DNA of 64,000 nucleotides, from the NCBI GenBank assembly GCA_964433345.1, contig CAYSQJ010000005.1, forward strand, positions 155,585 to 219,584, read 5' to 3'. Below are positions 9,367 to 17,968 of the stretch, piece after piece. The stretch's first letter is position 1. Every line of letters begins with the position of its first letter. The translations under genes and the position numbers were made by a program. The notes beneath the pieces were generated by a model. It was given only the letters and a program-made list of their open reading frames with translations. It searched no databases and was not told the origin of the DNA. This DNA is from an uncultured Bordetella sp. (GTDB lineage Bacteria; Pseudomonadota; Gammaproteobacteria; Burkholderiales; SG8-41).

Positions 9367-10650
9367 ATGGGGCACACCATCGCCGAGAAGATTCTCGGCA
9401 ATCACGCGGGCGGCAAGCCGGCCCGCGCCGGTGAAATCGTGGTTGCGGATGTCGATTTCGCGATGATCCACGATGCGCGCGCCGGCAACGCACTCAAGAT
9501 GGTCGAAAAACTGGGCGCGAAATCCCTGCCTTACGTCAAGCGCACCGCATTGGTGCTGGACCATTATTCGCCGCCGCCCAACATGGAGGCGGCCAATACC
9601 CATGTCGAGATGCGCGCCTTTGCCGAGAAACACGGTGCGCCGATCTATGACGTCGGCGACGGCATCTGCCACCAGGTGCTGCCCGAGGGCGGCCACCTGA
9701 CCTGCGGCGACCTCGTGGTCGGGACCGACACCCACTCGACGACCTATGGCGCCTTCAATGCCTTCGGCACCGGCGTCGAGGGCACCGACGTGTCGGCGGT
9801 GATGATGACCGGCAGGCTGTGGTTCCGCGTGCCCGAGACCATTCGTATCGAATTGAATGGCGCGCTGCAGCCGGGTGTCTGGGCCAAGGACGTCACGCTG
9901 ACCATGCTCGGAAAACTCGGCGCCGAGGGTGCCAACTACCAGGCGCTGGAGTACGTCGGCAGCGGCGTGGCGGCAATGGCCATCGACGACCGCATGACGC
10001 TGTCCAACCATGCCGCCGAGCTGGGGGCGAAGGCCGCTCTGCTCGAGGCCGACGACAAGACCATCGCCTGGCTGAAGGCTCACGGCGCAGCTGCGCCGAA
10101 GCCGGTCAGCGCAGATGCCGATGCCAAGTATGCACAGCGCATCGTCATCGACACCGCAAAGCTTGCGCCGCAGGTGGCGCGCCAGCACCGTATCGATGAC
10201 ATTGCCGCGGTACCCGACGTTGCCGGCCAGAAAATCCAGGTCGCGCTGATCGGCACCTGCACCAACGGCAGGCTCGACGACATCCGCCAGGCGGCGGCGA
10301 TCCTCAAGGGCCGCAGGCTCGCGAAAGGGGTGCGCATGATCGTCACCCCGGCTTCGCGTGCGATTTACCTTGCGGCGATGCGCGAAGGCCTGTTCGAGAT
10401 ACTTACCGAAGCCGGCGCCTCGGTGGAGGCGGCGGGTTGCGGCACCTGCGTCAACATCACCGGCCATTACATTTCCGGCGACGGGCAGGTGGTGATTTCC
10501 AGCGCCAACCGCAATTTCAAGGGCAGGCTCGGCAATCCGAAATCGGAAATCTGGATCGGTTCGGCGGCAACGGTGGCCGCTTCGGCGCTGACCGGCGTGA
10601 TCACCGATGCGCGGACGGTTGCCGGCGGCGACTGGCGGGCAGCTGCTTAA
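9367..10650 (+). CDS. Aconitase-family hydro-lyase large subunit (LeuC/HacA type)
   Basis: MGHTIAEKILGNHAG..., 427-aa short LeuC architecture, Cys ligand region GTCTNGR ... CGTCVN. Confidence 0.85.
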   Translation: MGHTIAEKILGNHAGGKPARAGEIVVADVDFAMIHDARAGNALKMVEKLGAKSLPYVKRTALVLDHYSPPPNMEAANTHVEMRAFAEKHGAPIYDVGDGICHQVLPEGGHLTCGDLVVGTDTHSTTYGAFNAFGTGVEGTDVSAVMMTGRLWFRVPETIRIELNGALQPGVWAKDVTLTMLGKLGAEGANYQALEYVGSGVAAMAIDDRMTLSNHAAELGAKAALLEADDKTIAWLKAHGAAAPKPVSADADAKYAQRIVIDTAKLAPQVARQHRIDDIAAVPDVAGQKIQVALIGTCTNGRLDDIRQAAAILKGRRLAKGVRMIVTPASRAIYLAAMREGLFEILTEAGASVEAAGCGTCVNITGHYISGDGQVVISSANRNFKGRLGNPKSEIWIGSAATVAASALTGVITDARTVAGGDWRAAA

Positions 10651-10664
10651 CCCCTAAAAACCTG

Positions 10665-10769
10665 GCCACAGAGGTCACAGAGGGCACAGAGAAAAAACCG
10701 GCAAAACCAGGCCTCCCAACTATGGATTTTGCTTTTGCAGTTCTCTGTGCTCTCTGTGTCCTCTGTGGC
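10665..10769. repeat. CACAGAG-type palindromic intergenic element, copy 2
   Basis: Arms gccacagaggtcacagagggcacagagaa (10665-10693) and ttctctgtgctctctgtgtcctctgtggc (10741-10769); sits between the large and small hydro-lyase subunit genes. Confidence 0.85.
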
Positions 10770-10808
10770 TGAATTTGAATTTGATCTTGCAGTTCGGAGG
10801 CGTCAAAC

Positions 10809-11321
10809 ATGAACATCATCAAAGGCAGTGCGCGGATCCTCGGTGACGATGTCAGCACCGACATCCACTGTTCCAGCAAGTACCTGCCGGGCAAGGACGC
10901 GACCTACATCGCGACGGTGGCCTTTGACCAGGTCGCGCCGGGATTCGCCAAGGGCTTCGTCAAGGGGGACATCATCGTTGCCGGTAAGAACTTCGGCATC
11001 AATTCCTCGCGCGAGCAGGCAGTGCACGTGATGCACAGGCTGGGTGTGGCGGCGATCATCGCCCCCAGCTTCGGTCGTCAGTTCTATCGCAACGCGATCA
11101 ACAACGGCATGCCGGTGATCGAGTGCGACACTGCCGGCATCGCCGCGGGTGATGCCGTCGAACTGGACCTCGCCGGCGGCCGCATCGGCGTGCCGGCCCG
11201 CAACATCGCGCGCACCGTGCCGCCGCTGCCGGCGGCGGTGCAGGCCCTGCTCTCGGCGGGCGGGCTGATTCCCCTCCTGCAGAAACATCCGGACTGGAAT
11301 CTCGGGGCACTGGCGGCATGA
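10809..11321 (+). CDS. Aconitase-family hydro-lyase small subunit (LeuD type)
   Basis: 170 aa; GKNFGINSSREQA motif (compare GxNFGCGSSREHA). Confidence 0.85.
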   Translation: MNIIKGSARILGDDVSTDIHCSSKYLPGKDATYIATVAFDQVAPGFAKGFVKGDIIVAGKNFGINSSREQAVHVMHRLGVAAIIAPSFGRQFYRNAINNGMPVIECDTAGIAAGDAVELDLAGGRIGVPARNIARTVPPLPAAVQALLSAGGLIPLLQKHPDWNLGALAA

Positions 11322-12448
11322 ACCTGAAGATCGAACGTGTCGAGGTGTTCGGCGTGGCCATGCCGCTGGTCATGGAGTTCAAGAACGCCTATCTCTCGAA
11401 GTCGGTGGTGAAGAGCGCGGTCGTGCGCATCACCGCGACCGGCGGCGCGGTCGGCTACGGCAACATCGATCCGACGCCTGGCTATTCCAGGGAAAGCATC
11501 GAGGACAGCCTGGCGATGATCCAGTCGCGGCTGGCGCCGGCGGTGATGGGCATGGACCCGACCAATCTCCATCGCATCGCCGCCAGGCTGGAATCGGTGG
11601 TGCCCGATTTTCTCGATGCCAAGGCCACCATCGACATGGCCTGCAGCGACCTCGCGGCACGGGTGGCCGGCGTGCCGCTGCACACCTGGCTCGGCGGTGC
11701 GGTGAAGGACAGGCTGCTGTTCAATGCCTGGATCAGCATCCAGTCGCCGGAGAACGCGGCGAGGGAGACACTGGACTGGCAGAAGAGAGGTTTTCGATCC
11801 TGCAAGATCAAGGTCGGCGGCGACATCGCTGCCGACCGCGACCGCATCAAGGCGGTGCGCGAAGCCTGCGGTCCCGAGTTCAATATCCGTATCGATGCCA
11901 ACGCCGGCTACGATGCCGACACCTCGATCAGGCTGGCGGAGATGGTGGCGCCCTACGGGCTGCAGCTGTTCGAACAGCCGGTGCCGGCACAGGACATCGC
12001 CGGCATGGCACGGGTGCGCAAGGCCGCCAATGCGGTCGGTGTGCCGATCATGGCCGACGAGTCGGTGACCGACCATGCCAGCCTGATCGACATCATCCGC
12101 GCCGACGCCGCGGACATCGTCAAGGTCAAGGTCATGAAGCAGGGCGGTTTCCTCAATACCCGGCGCATGATCGCCACCGCCGAAGCCGCGGGCATTCGCT
12201 GCGTGGTCGGACATGGTTTCGGCCTCGGCGTGAACACCATGGCGGAAATCATGCTGGCGGCAACTTCCGACAATGTCATCGATGGTCTCGAATGTGTCGG
12301 GCCGCTGAAAACGAAGGACGACATCGTCACGCAGAAGCTGGACCTCGGCCAGGGCAGCATTGCGCTGCCCGGCGGGCCGGGTCTGGGCGTGACGTTGGAT
12401 GACGCCAAGCTTGCGCAGTACAGCTTCGAAGTCAAAAAGGCGGCCTGA
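11318..12448 (+). CDS. Enolase-superfamily enzyme (mandelate racemase/muconate lactonizing enzyme family)
   Basis: ATGA overlap with upstream gene; FKIKVG-like SCKIKVGGD, IRIDANAGY, LFEQPVP, ADES motifs. Confidence 0.8.
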   Translation: MNLKIERVEVFGVAMPLVMEFKNAYLSKSVVKSAVVRITATGGAVGYGNIDPTPGYSRESIEDSLAMIQSRLAPAVMGMDPTNLHRIAARLESVVPDFLDAKATIDMACSDLAARVAGVPLHTWLGGAVKDRLLFNAWISIQSPENAARETLDWQKRGFRSCKIKVGGDIAADRDRIKAVREACGPEFNIRIDANAGYDADTSIRLAEMVAPYGLQLFEQPVPAQDIAGMARVRKAANAVGVPIMADESVTDHASLIDIIRADAADIVKVKVMKQGGFLNTRRMIATAEAAGIRCVVGHGFGLGVNTMAEIMLAATSDNVIDGLECVGPLKTKDDIVTQKLDLGQGSIALPGGPGLGVTLDDAKLAQYSFEVKKAA

Positions 12449-12494
12449 GCCGCCGCAACCCACGGGCCACCGGCCCCGAACGAGGAGAATCAAA

Positions 12495-13457
12495 ATGAAA
12501 TTGATGCCGAAAATGGAATTGACGCGGTACGCAGTAGCCGCCGCGCTGGCCGGATTTGCCGTGCAGTCCGCGGCGCAGACCTGGCCCACGCGCCCGGTGA
12601 CCATCCTCTGCTGGTCGGCGCCGGGATCGCCGGTGGACATCTATGCGCGCACGATGGCGAAGCTGCTGGTTGCGGAGCTCGGGCAGAATGTCGTGGTGGA
12701 AAACCGCACCGGCGGCTCCGGCATCATCATGACCAATTCGCTGGTGCGCGGCGCTGCCGACGGCTACACCATTGCCGCCAACACGCTGACGCTGGCTACG
12801 CTGTTCAGCGAGGCGAATGCCCAGTTCAAACCCGACGACCTGCAGATGGTCTCGCGTTCGCAGATCGACCCCTATGGCCTGATCGTGCACACGTCCACGC
12901 CGTTCAAGACCATCGAGCAGCTGGTGGCCTTTGCCCGCAAGAAGCCGGACTTCATCAATGTCAGCGGCCCCTTCGCGATGAGCTCGCACCGCGTGGCCTG
13001 GGAAGTGTTCTCCGAAGTCGCGAAAATCAAGGCTACCTGGGTGCCCTATCCCGGCGGCGGACCTGCGCTGACCGCGGTGGCTGGCGGCCACGTCGATGCT
13101 GCGGCGACCAATCCCGGCAACGTCAAGCCGATGATCGCGGCCGGCAAGGTGCGCGTGCTCGCGGTGTCTTCCGACAAGCGGCTCGACGATTTCCCGGATG
13201 TACCGACCTACAAGGAGAAGGGCTGGAACGTGGTGCGCTACCAGTGGCGCGGAATCATGGCCAAGGCGGGCACGCCTAAACCGGTGGTGGATAGGCTGGC
13301 TTCCGCGATCCAGAAGGCGCAGCAGACCGAAGAGTGGAAGACCTATCTGAAGCGGGTCACCCAGCTTGATGGCTACCAGGGACCCGATGCCTTCCGCGCG
13401 CAGCTGCTGCAGGACATCAAGGAAACCGAGGCCGTCAAGAAGAAACTGGGACTCTGA
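12495..13457 (+). CDS. Bug/TctC-family periplasmic carboxylate-binding receptor
   Basis: Trimmed to MKLMPKMELTRYAVAAALAGFAVQSAA|QTW preceded by GAGGAG; VPYPGGGPA. Confidence 0.8.
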   Translation: MKLMPKMELTRYAVAAALAGFAVQSAAQTWPTRPVTILCWSAPGSPVDIYARTMAKLLVAELGQNVVVENRTGGSGIIMTNSLVRGAADGYTIAANTLTLATLFSEANAQFKPDDLQMVSRSQIDPYGLIVHTSTPFKTIEQLVAFARKKPDFINVSGPFAMSSHRVAWEVFSEVAKIKATWVPYPGGGPALTAVAGGHVDAAATNPGNVKPMIAAGKVRVLAVSSDKRLDDFPDVPTYKEKGWNVVRYQWRGIMAKAGTPKPVVDRLASAIQKAQQTEEWKTYLKRVTQLDGYQGPDAFRAQLLQDIKETEAVKKKLGL

Positions 13458-13464
13458 GGGCAGC

Positions 13465-13494
13465 GATGAATGATGAGTGATGAACGATGAGTGA
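13465..13494. repeat. Heptanucleotide tandem repeat (GATGARY) x4.3
   Basis: gatgaat gatgagt gatgaac gatgagt ga, starting 8 nt after the stop codon at 13455-13457. Confidence 0.8.
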
Positions 13495-13651
13495 AAAGAC
13501 ATCCGTTCGGCGGCATTGGCGCAACGGTTGACTGAGGGCGGCGGGGTGCGCCACCGGGCAGGGGCCCTGCGTTAGCGGGGATGCGAGCAAGGTGCATCCC
13601 TGCCGGCCGCCCGGAACAGAAAATAAAGCAGCAAACAATTGAACGGAAACG

Positions 13652-14548
13652 ATGATGGCGAAGTTGACGGTACGACAGCAATTGCGTAAACGGCTCACAG
13701 AGGGCGGCATGATCGTGGCACCCGGCATTTACGATGCCTACGGCGCCCGCATGGTGCAGCAGTCAGGATACGAAGCGGTGTACATGACCGGCAACGGCGT
13801 CTCGGCCTGTCTGCTCGGTCAGCCCGATGTCGGCATGGTCGACCTGACACTGTTCGCGGCGCATGCGCACCGGGCTGCGGCCTGCGTCGACATCCCGCTG
13901 ATCTGCGATGCCGACACCGGCTATGGCAACGCGGTGAACGTGAAGCACACGGTGCGCGAGTTCGAGGCAGCCGGCGTTGCGGCGATCCATCTCGAGGACC
14001 AGGTTGCGCCCAAGCGTTGCGGCCACCTGCCGGGTTCGCGTCCGGTGGTGTCGCTGGAGGAACATGCCGGCAAGATCGAGGCGGCGGTGGCGGCGCGCCG
14101 CGATCCGGATTTCATCATCATTGCACGCACCGACGCCGCGACCGGGCTCGGGCTCGATGAGGCCATCCGCCGTGGCCAGGCCTACCGCAAGGCCGGCGCC
14201 GATGTGGTGTTCGTCGAACTGAAGAACAGCCCGACCATTCTTGAGGATCTGAAGCGGGTCACCGCGGAATCCGGCGCGCCCTGCCTGGTCAATATCGACG
14301 GCGGTGGCAAGCTCGGTGAACTGACGGTGCCGGAAATCGAGGCGCTGGGTTTTCGCATCGCGATATTCCCGGGACTCGCGCGCAATGCCGCGGGTTTTGC
14401 GATCAAGGAAGCGCTGGGTACTCTCAAGCGCGAGGGCAATACGAAAGCGCTGCGTGATCGCATGCTGACGATGAAGGAGTACAACGAAATCCTTGACCTG
14501 GGTGCAGTGGAGGAATGGGAAAAGCGTTATATGCAAAACCGGCAGTAA
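13652..14548 (+). CDS. Isocitrate lyase/PEP mutase-family enzyme (2-methylisocitrate lyase / carboxyvinyl-carboxyphosphonate phosphorylmutase-like)
   Basis: 298 aa; VAPGIYDAYGARMVQQSGYEAVYMTG, CDADTGYGN, IHLEDQVAPKRCGHL. Confidence 0.8.
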   Translation: MMAKLTVRQQLRKRLTEGGMIVAPGIYDAYGARMVQQSGYEAVYMTGNGVSACLLGQPDVGMVDLTLFAAHAHRAAACVDIPLICDADTGYGNAVNVKHTVREFEAAGVAAIHLEDQVAPKRCGHLPGSRPVVSLEEHAGKIEAAVAARRDPDFIIIARTDAATGLGLDEAIRRGQAYRKAGADVVFVELKNSPTILEDLKRVTAESGAPCLVNIDGGGKLGELTVPEIEALGFRIAIFPGLARNAAGFAIKEALGTLKREGNTKALRDRMLTMKEYNEILDLGAVEEWEKRYMQNRQ

Positions 14549-14563
14549 TTTGCATGTGTATAT

Positions 14564-14595
14564 AAGTAATTGTTTTTAAACATATTTTTAACAAT
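14564..14595 (+). promoter_or_regulatory. AT-rich recurrent element (IHF-site-like), copy 1
   Basis: aagtaattgtttttaaacatatttttaacaat; 15-nt core AAGTAATTGTTTTTA recurs at 6 other sites. Confidence 0.6.
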
Positions 14596-14634
14596 CACCC
14601 GAGTTGGCAACCGCCAACCGCTGGAGTTTCAGAA

Positions 14635-15870
14635 ATGGCCGTATCCCGCAGCAGGAAAAAAACCGTAAGCAAGAAACCGGCAGCATCCAAACCCCGCGCC
14701 GCCGCCAAATCCGTCGCCTTGCGCAAGGCCACGGCAGTCGCGAAGCCGGCGAAGAAATCCGCGAATCCGCTGGGTCTGGAAAAAAAGGCGCCGGACCAGT
14801 TCGATACCTTGCAGGAGATCGCGCTGGCCGCGCATCGCAAGATGCCGGCGCCGGTATGGGATCACCTGATGGGTGGCGCCGATTCCGAAATGACCCTGCG
14901 CCGCAACCGCGCGGGACTGGATGCGCTGGCGCTGCGTCAGCGCGTGCTGGTCGATGTGCGCAACATCGACATGAGCACCACGCTGCTCGGGCAGAAGCTG
15001 GACATTCCCGTGTTCCCGGCGCCGGTCGGCGGGTTTCTGAGCAAGGTGCACCACGAGGGCGGACCGGCGGTCGCCCGTGCCGCGGTATCGCGCGGCACCA
15101 CGGCCTTCATCGCCACGGCGGCGAAACCCAGCCTGGAGGCCGCGCAGGCGGCGGTCGAGCGCAAGCTGGTGTTCCAGCTCTATGTGCGCGGTGACCGCGG
15201 CTGGGTCGAGGGCATGCTCGACCGCGTCAAGGCAGCGGGCTATGCCGCGCTGTGCGTGACGGTGGACCGCAATTTCTACGGCCGCCGTGAACGCGACATC
15301 ATCAGCGGCTTGCCGGTGAAGGAAGGCTTTGGTGACCAGTCATACCAGGCCAGCCTCAACTGGAAGGATCTGCTGTGGATGAAGGAGCGCGTCGGCCTGC
15401 CGCTGATCGCCAAGGGCATCGCCACCGCGGAAGACGCGGAGCTCGCCGTCGAACATGGCGCCGATGTGGTCTATGTCTCCAATCACGGCGGCCGCCAGCT
15501 CGACCATGCCCAGGGCAGCATCGAAGTGCTGGCCGAGGTGGTGAAGGCGGTTGCGGGGCGAGCCGAGGTGCTGGCCGACGGCGGCGTGCAGCGCGGCACC
15601 GACGTGGTCAAGATGCTGTGCCTGGGTGCGCGCGCCGTCGGCGTCGGCAAGCTGCTGGGTCTCGCGTTGTCTGCCAACGGTGAAGCCGGTGTTGCGCGCA
15701 TGCTCGAACTGATGGAAGTGGAGATCCGCCACGCGCTGGGACTGATGGGGGTGACCTCGATCAAACAGCTCGGCCCGGAGTGGCTGCGCGAGGTGCCGGT
15801 GCTGGGCACGCCCGGCGTCGCCAGTGCCTACCCGCTGCTCGAGGCGGCGCTGCGCAACCCGCGCGGCTGA
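14635..15870 (+). CDS. FMN-dependent alpha-hydroxy-acid dehydrogenase/oxidase with Lys/Ala-rich N-terminal tail
   Basis: C-terminal 355 aa match the L-lactate/glycolate oxidase family (SNHGGRQLD, GGVQRGTDVVK); first 53 aa are a basic low-complexity extension. Confidence 0.8.
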   Translation: MAVSRSRKKTVSKKPAASKPRAAAKSVALRKATAVAKPAKKSANPLGLEKKAPDQFDTLQEIALAAHRKMPAPVWDHLMGGADSEMTLRRNRAGLDALALRQRVLVDVRNIDMSTTLLGQKLDIPVFPAPVGGFLSKVHHEGGPAVARAAVSRGTTAFIATAAKPSLEAAQAAVERKLVFQLYVRGDRGWVEGMLDRVKAAGYAALCVTVDRNFYGRRERDIISGLPVKEGFGDQSYQASLNWKDLLWMKERVGLPLIAKGIATAEDAELAVEHGADVVYVSNHGGRQLDHAQGSIEVLAEVVKAVAGRAEVLADGGVQRGTDVVKMLCLGARAVGVGKLLGLALSANGEAGVARMLELMEVEIRHALGLMGVTSIKQLGPEWLREVPVLGTPGVASAYPLLEAALRNPRG

Positions 15871-15895
15871 GTCCGCGCGGGCTCAGGCGATCCGA

Positions 15896-16981
15896 ATGCA
15901 AACAACGCAGACGCAAGGAGCGACGGTGTACAAACTGGGAATACTCGAAGGCGACGACATCGGTCTGGAAGTGGTGCCGGAGTGCGTCAAGGTGATGAAG
16001 GCCGCGGCGGCGAAGGCGGGCGTGCAGATCAAATGGCTGCCGCTGCCGATCGGCAGAAAAGGGCATGAAAGCCATGGCCATACCATGCCGCAGTACACGG
16101 TCGATGCGCTGAAGACAGTTGACGGCTGGGTGCAGGGCCCCATCGGCCACAATGCCTACCCGCGCAATGACAGTACCTGGATCAATCCGCCGCTGCGCAA
16201 GAAGTTCGAACTCTTCGCCAACGTCAAGCCGGTGAAGTCCTACCCGAGCCTGCCGTCGCTGCACAAGGACGTGGACATCGTGTTCCTGCGCGAGACCACC
16301 GAGGGCATGCAGTCGGGCAGCGTGGTCTATGCGGGAACCGGCGAGTTCCAGCCCAACGAGGACATTGCGGTCGGCATGCGCGTGGTCACGCGCAAGGGTG
16401 CCAGCCGCGTCGCGAAAGAAGCCTTCGAAATCGCGCGCACCCGCAAACGCAAAAAAGTCACCGCGCTGCACAAGGAGCCGGTCTACCGCCTGGTCTGCGG
16501 AATGTTCGCGCGCGAGTGCCGTGCGATGGCCGGGAACTACCCGGATGTCGAGTTCGAGGAAGTGCTGATTGACGGTTTCGCGATGAAGGCGGTGATGCGT
16601 CCGCAGCAATACGACGTGGTGGTCACCACCAACCAGTTCGGCGACATCGTCACCGACCTCGGTGCAGGACTCGTCGGCGGTCTGGGCCTCGCGCCGGGCC
16701 TGGTCGTCGGCGAGAAGCAGGCGATGGCGCAGGCCACACACGGCTCGGCGCCGGACATTGCCGGCAAGAATATCGCCAACCCTTACGCGATGATCATGTC
16801 GGGCAAGATGCTGTTCGAGTGGCTGGGCCGCACGCGCAACGATCCGCAAGCGACGGCTGCCGCGAAACTCATCGATGCTGCCGTTGACCGGGTGATTGCC
16901 GAGGCGAAACACCTGACCGGTGATCTGGGCGGCAAGGCCGGCACGACCCAGATGGGGGATGCGATTGCCACGGCTGTGTGA
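15896..16981 (+). CDS. Isocitrate/isopropylmalate/tartrate dehydrogenase-family beta-decarboxylating dehydrogenase
   Basis: Trimmed to MQTTQTQGATVYKLGILEGDDIGLEVVPE; NQFGDIVTDLGAGLVGGLGLAPG, GSAPDIAGKNIANP. Confidence 0.8.
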   Translation: MQTTQTQGATVYKLGILEGDDIGLEVVPECVKVMKAAAAKAGVQIKWLPLPIGRKGHESHGHTMPQYTVDALKTVDGWVQGPIGHNAYPRNDSTWINPPLRKKFELFANVKPVKSYPSLPSLHKDVDIVFLRETTEGMQSGSVVYAGTGEFQPNEDIAVGMRVVTRKGASRVAKEAFEIARTRKRKKVTALHKEPVYRLVCGMFARECRAMAGNYPDVEFEEVLIDGFAMKAVMRPQQYDVVVTTNQFGDIVTDLGAGLVGGLGLAPGLVVGEKQAMAQATHGSAPDIAGKNIANPYAMIMSGKMLFEWLGRTRNDPQATAAAKLIDAAVDRVIAEAKHLTGDLGGKAGTTQMGDAIATAV

Positions 16982-16993
16982 AGCCCGGGGCGC

Positions 16994-17623
16994 ATGTTGC
17001 GAGGAGGTGTTTTGTTAAAAAATGCAATAAAAACAATTACTTGCTTATTATTTCTGCTGCTGGCTGCGCCGCTTGCGGCACAGCAGCCGGCGACGCCGTC
17101 CGGTGGCAAGCCCGCTGCGGCTCCGAAAAAACAAATGCACAAAGTGCAATCCAAAAAGCCTCAGCACAAGCGCAAGGCAGGTCCGCGCCGCGGCAGACTG
17201 GAAAAACTGGCCTGCAAGCTCGGCAACGAAGACCGGCAGGCGCGCATCGCGGTCGAGCTGATCGGCGGCCGCGTCGAAAGCATTGCCTACTACTCCAAGT
17301 GGAAGCCGCGCACCTGCTCGGTGCACATCGTGCGTGATGACGCCTACAGCAAGTGGGAGGATACCGGCCATGTCACCATCGTCACGCTGAACGAGGAGAA
17401 GGGGTCCTTCCTGATCGACCACGGCCGTCGCGCCGTCAAGTTCCTGTTTCGCGAGATCGATCGCGAGCGCTTCTGCGGCATGAGCGGCAAGATCACCGGC
17501 AGCCTGACGGTGACCCGGGGCCGCGATCAATGCGCGCTCGAGGGCGTGATGGACGAGGGTGATGACGACATGCTGCGCCGGCAGCAACCCGCGGAGGCAC
17601 CGCAGCCTGCGCCAATGTCCTGA
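16994..17623 (+). CDS. Hypothetical secreted protein (Lys-rich linker, Cys-containing C-terminal domain)
   Basis: Hydrophobic N-terminus ITCLLFLLLAAPLAA|QQ; no recognisable family; start uncertain (ATG 16994 or TTG 17012 after AGGAGG); its first codons are supplied by the AT-rich element. Confidence 0.45.
   Translation: MLRGGVLLKNAIKTITCLLFLLLAAPLAAQQPATPSGGKPAAAPKKQMHKVQSKKPQHKRKAGPRRGRLEKLACKLGNEDRQARIAVELIGGRVESIAYYSKWKPRTCSVHIVRDDAYSKWEDTGHVTIVTLNEEKGSFLIDHGRRAVKFLFREIDRERFCGMSGKITGSLTVTRGRDQCALEGVMDEGDDDMLRRQQPAEAPQPAPMS
17012..17042 (-). promoter_or_regulatory. AT-rich recurrent element (IHF-site-like), copy 2, inverted
   Basis: ttgttaaaaaatgcaataaaaacaattactt; perfect 15/15 reverse-complement core. 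Confidence 0.6.
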
Positions 17624-17632
17624 CGCGGCTGC

Positions 17633-17968
17633 CTAGCCGTTCGAAACCAGTTTCAGACCGAAAATACCGGCGACGATCAGGCCGATGCAGAACAGCCGCG
17701 CCGCGGTAGCCGGTTCGCTGAACAGCGCGATGCCGAGTATCGCCGTACCCACGGCGCCGATGCCGGTCCATACCGCGTAGCCGGTGCCCACCGGTATCGA
17801 CTTCAGCGCCAGCGCGAGCAGCCAGACGCTGGCGATCATGGCCGCGATGGTGATGATGCTCGGCAGCAGCCGCGAAAAGCCGTCGGTGTACTTGAGGCCG
17901 ATGGCCCAGATCACTTCGAGCAATCCGGCCGCGAGCAGCAGCAGCCAGGCGGTGGAGGGCAGGGTCAT
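17633..17968 (-). CDS. sugE: SMR-family efflux protein SugE (quaternary ammonium/guanidinium exporter type)
   Basis: 111 aa, four TM segments, [25 protein letters not shown] and [18 protein letters not shown] motifs. Confidence 0.85.
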   Translation of the reverse strand: MTLPSTAWLLLLAAGLLEVIWAIGLKYTDGFSRLLPSIITIAAMIASVWLLALALKSIPVGTGYAVWTGIGAVGTAILGIALFSEPATAARLFCIGLIVAGIFGLKLVSNG

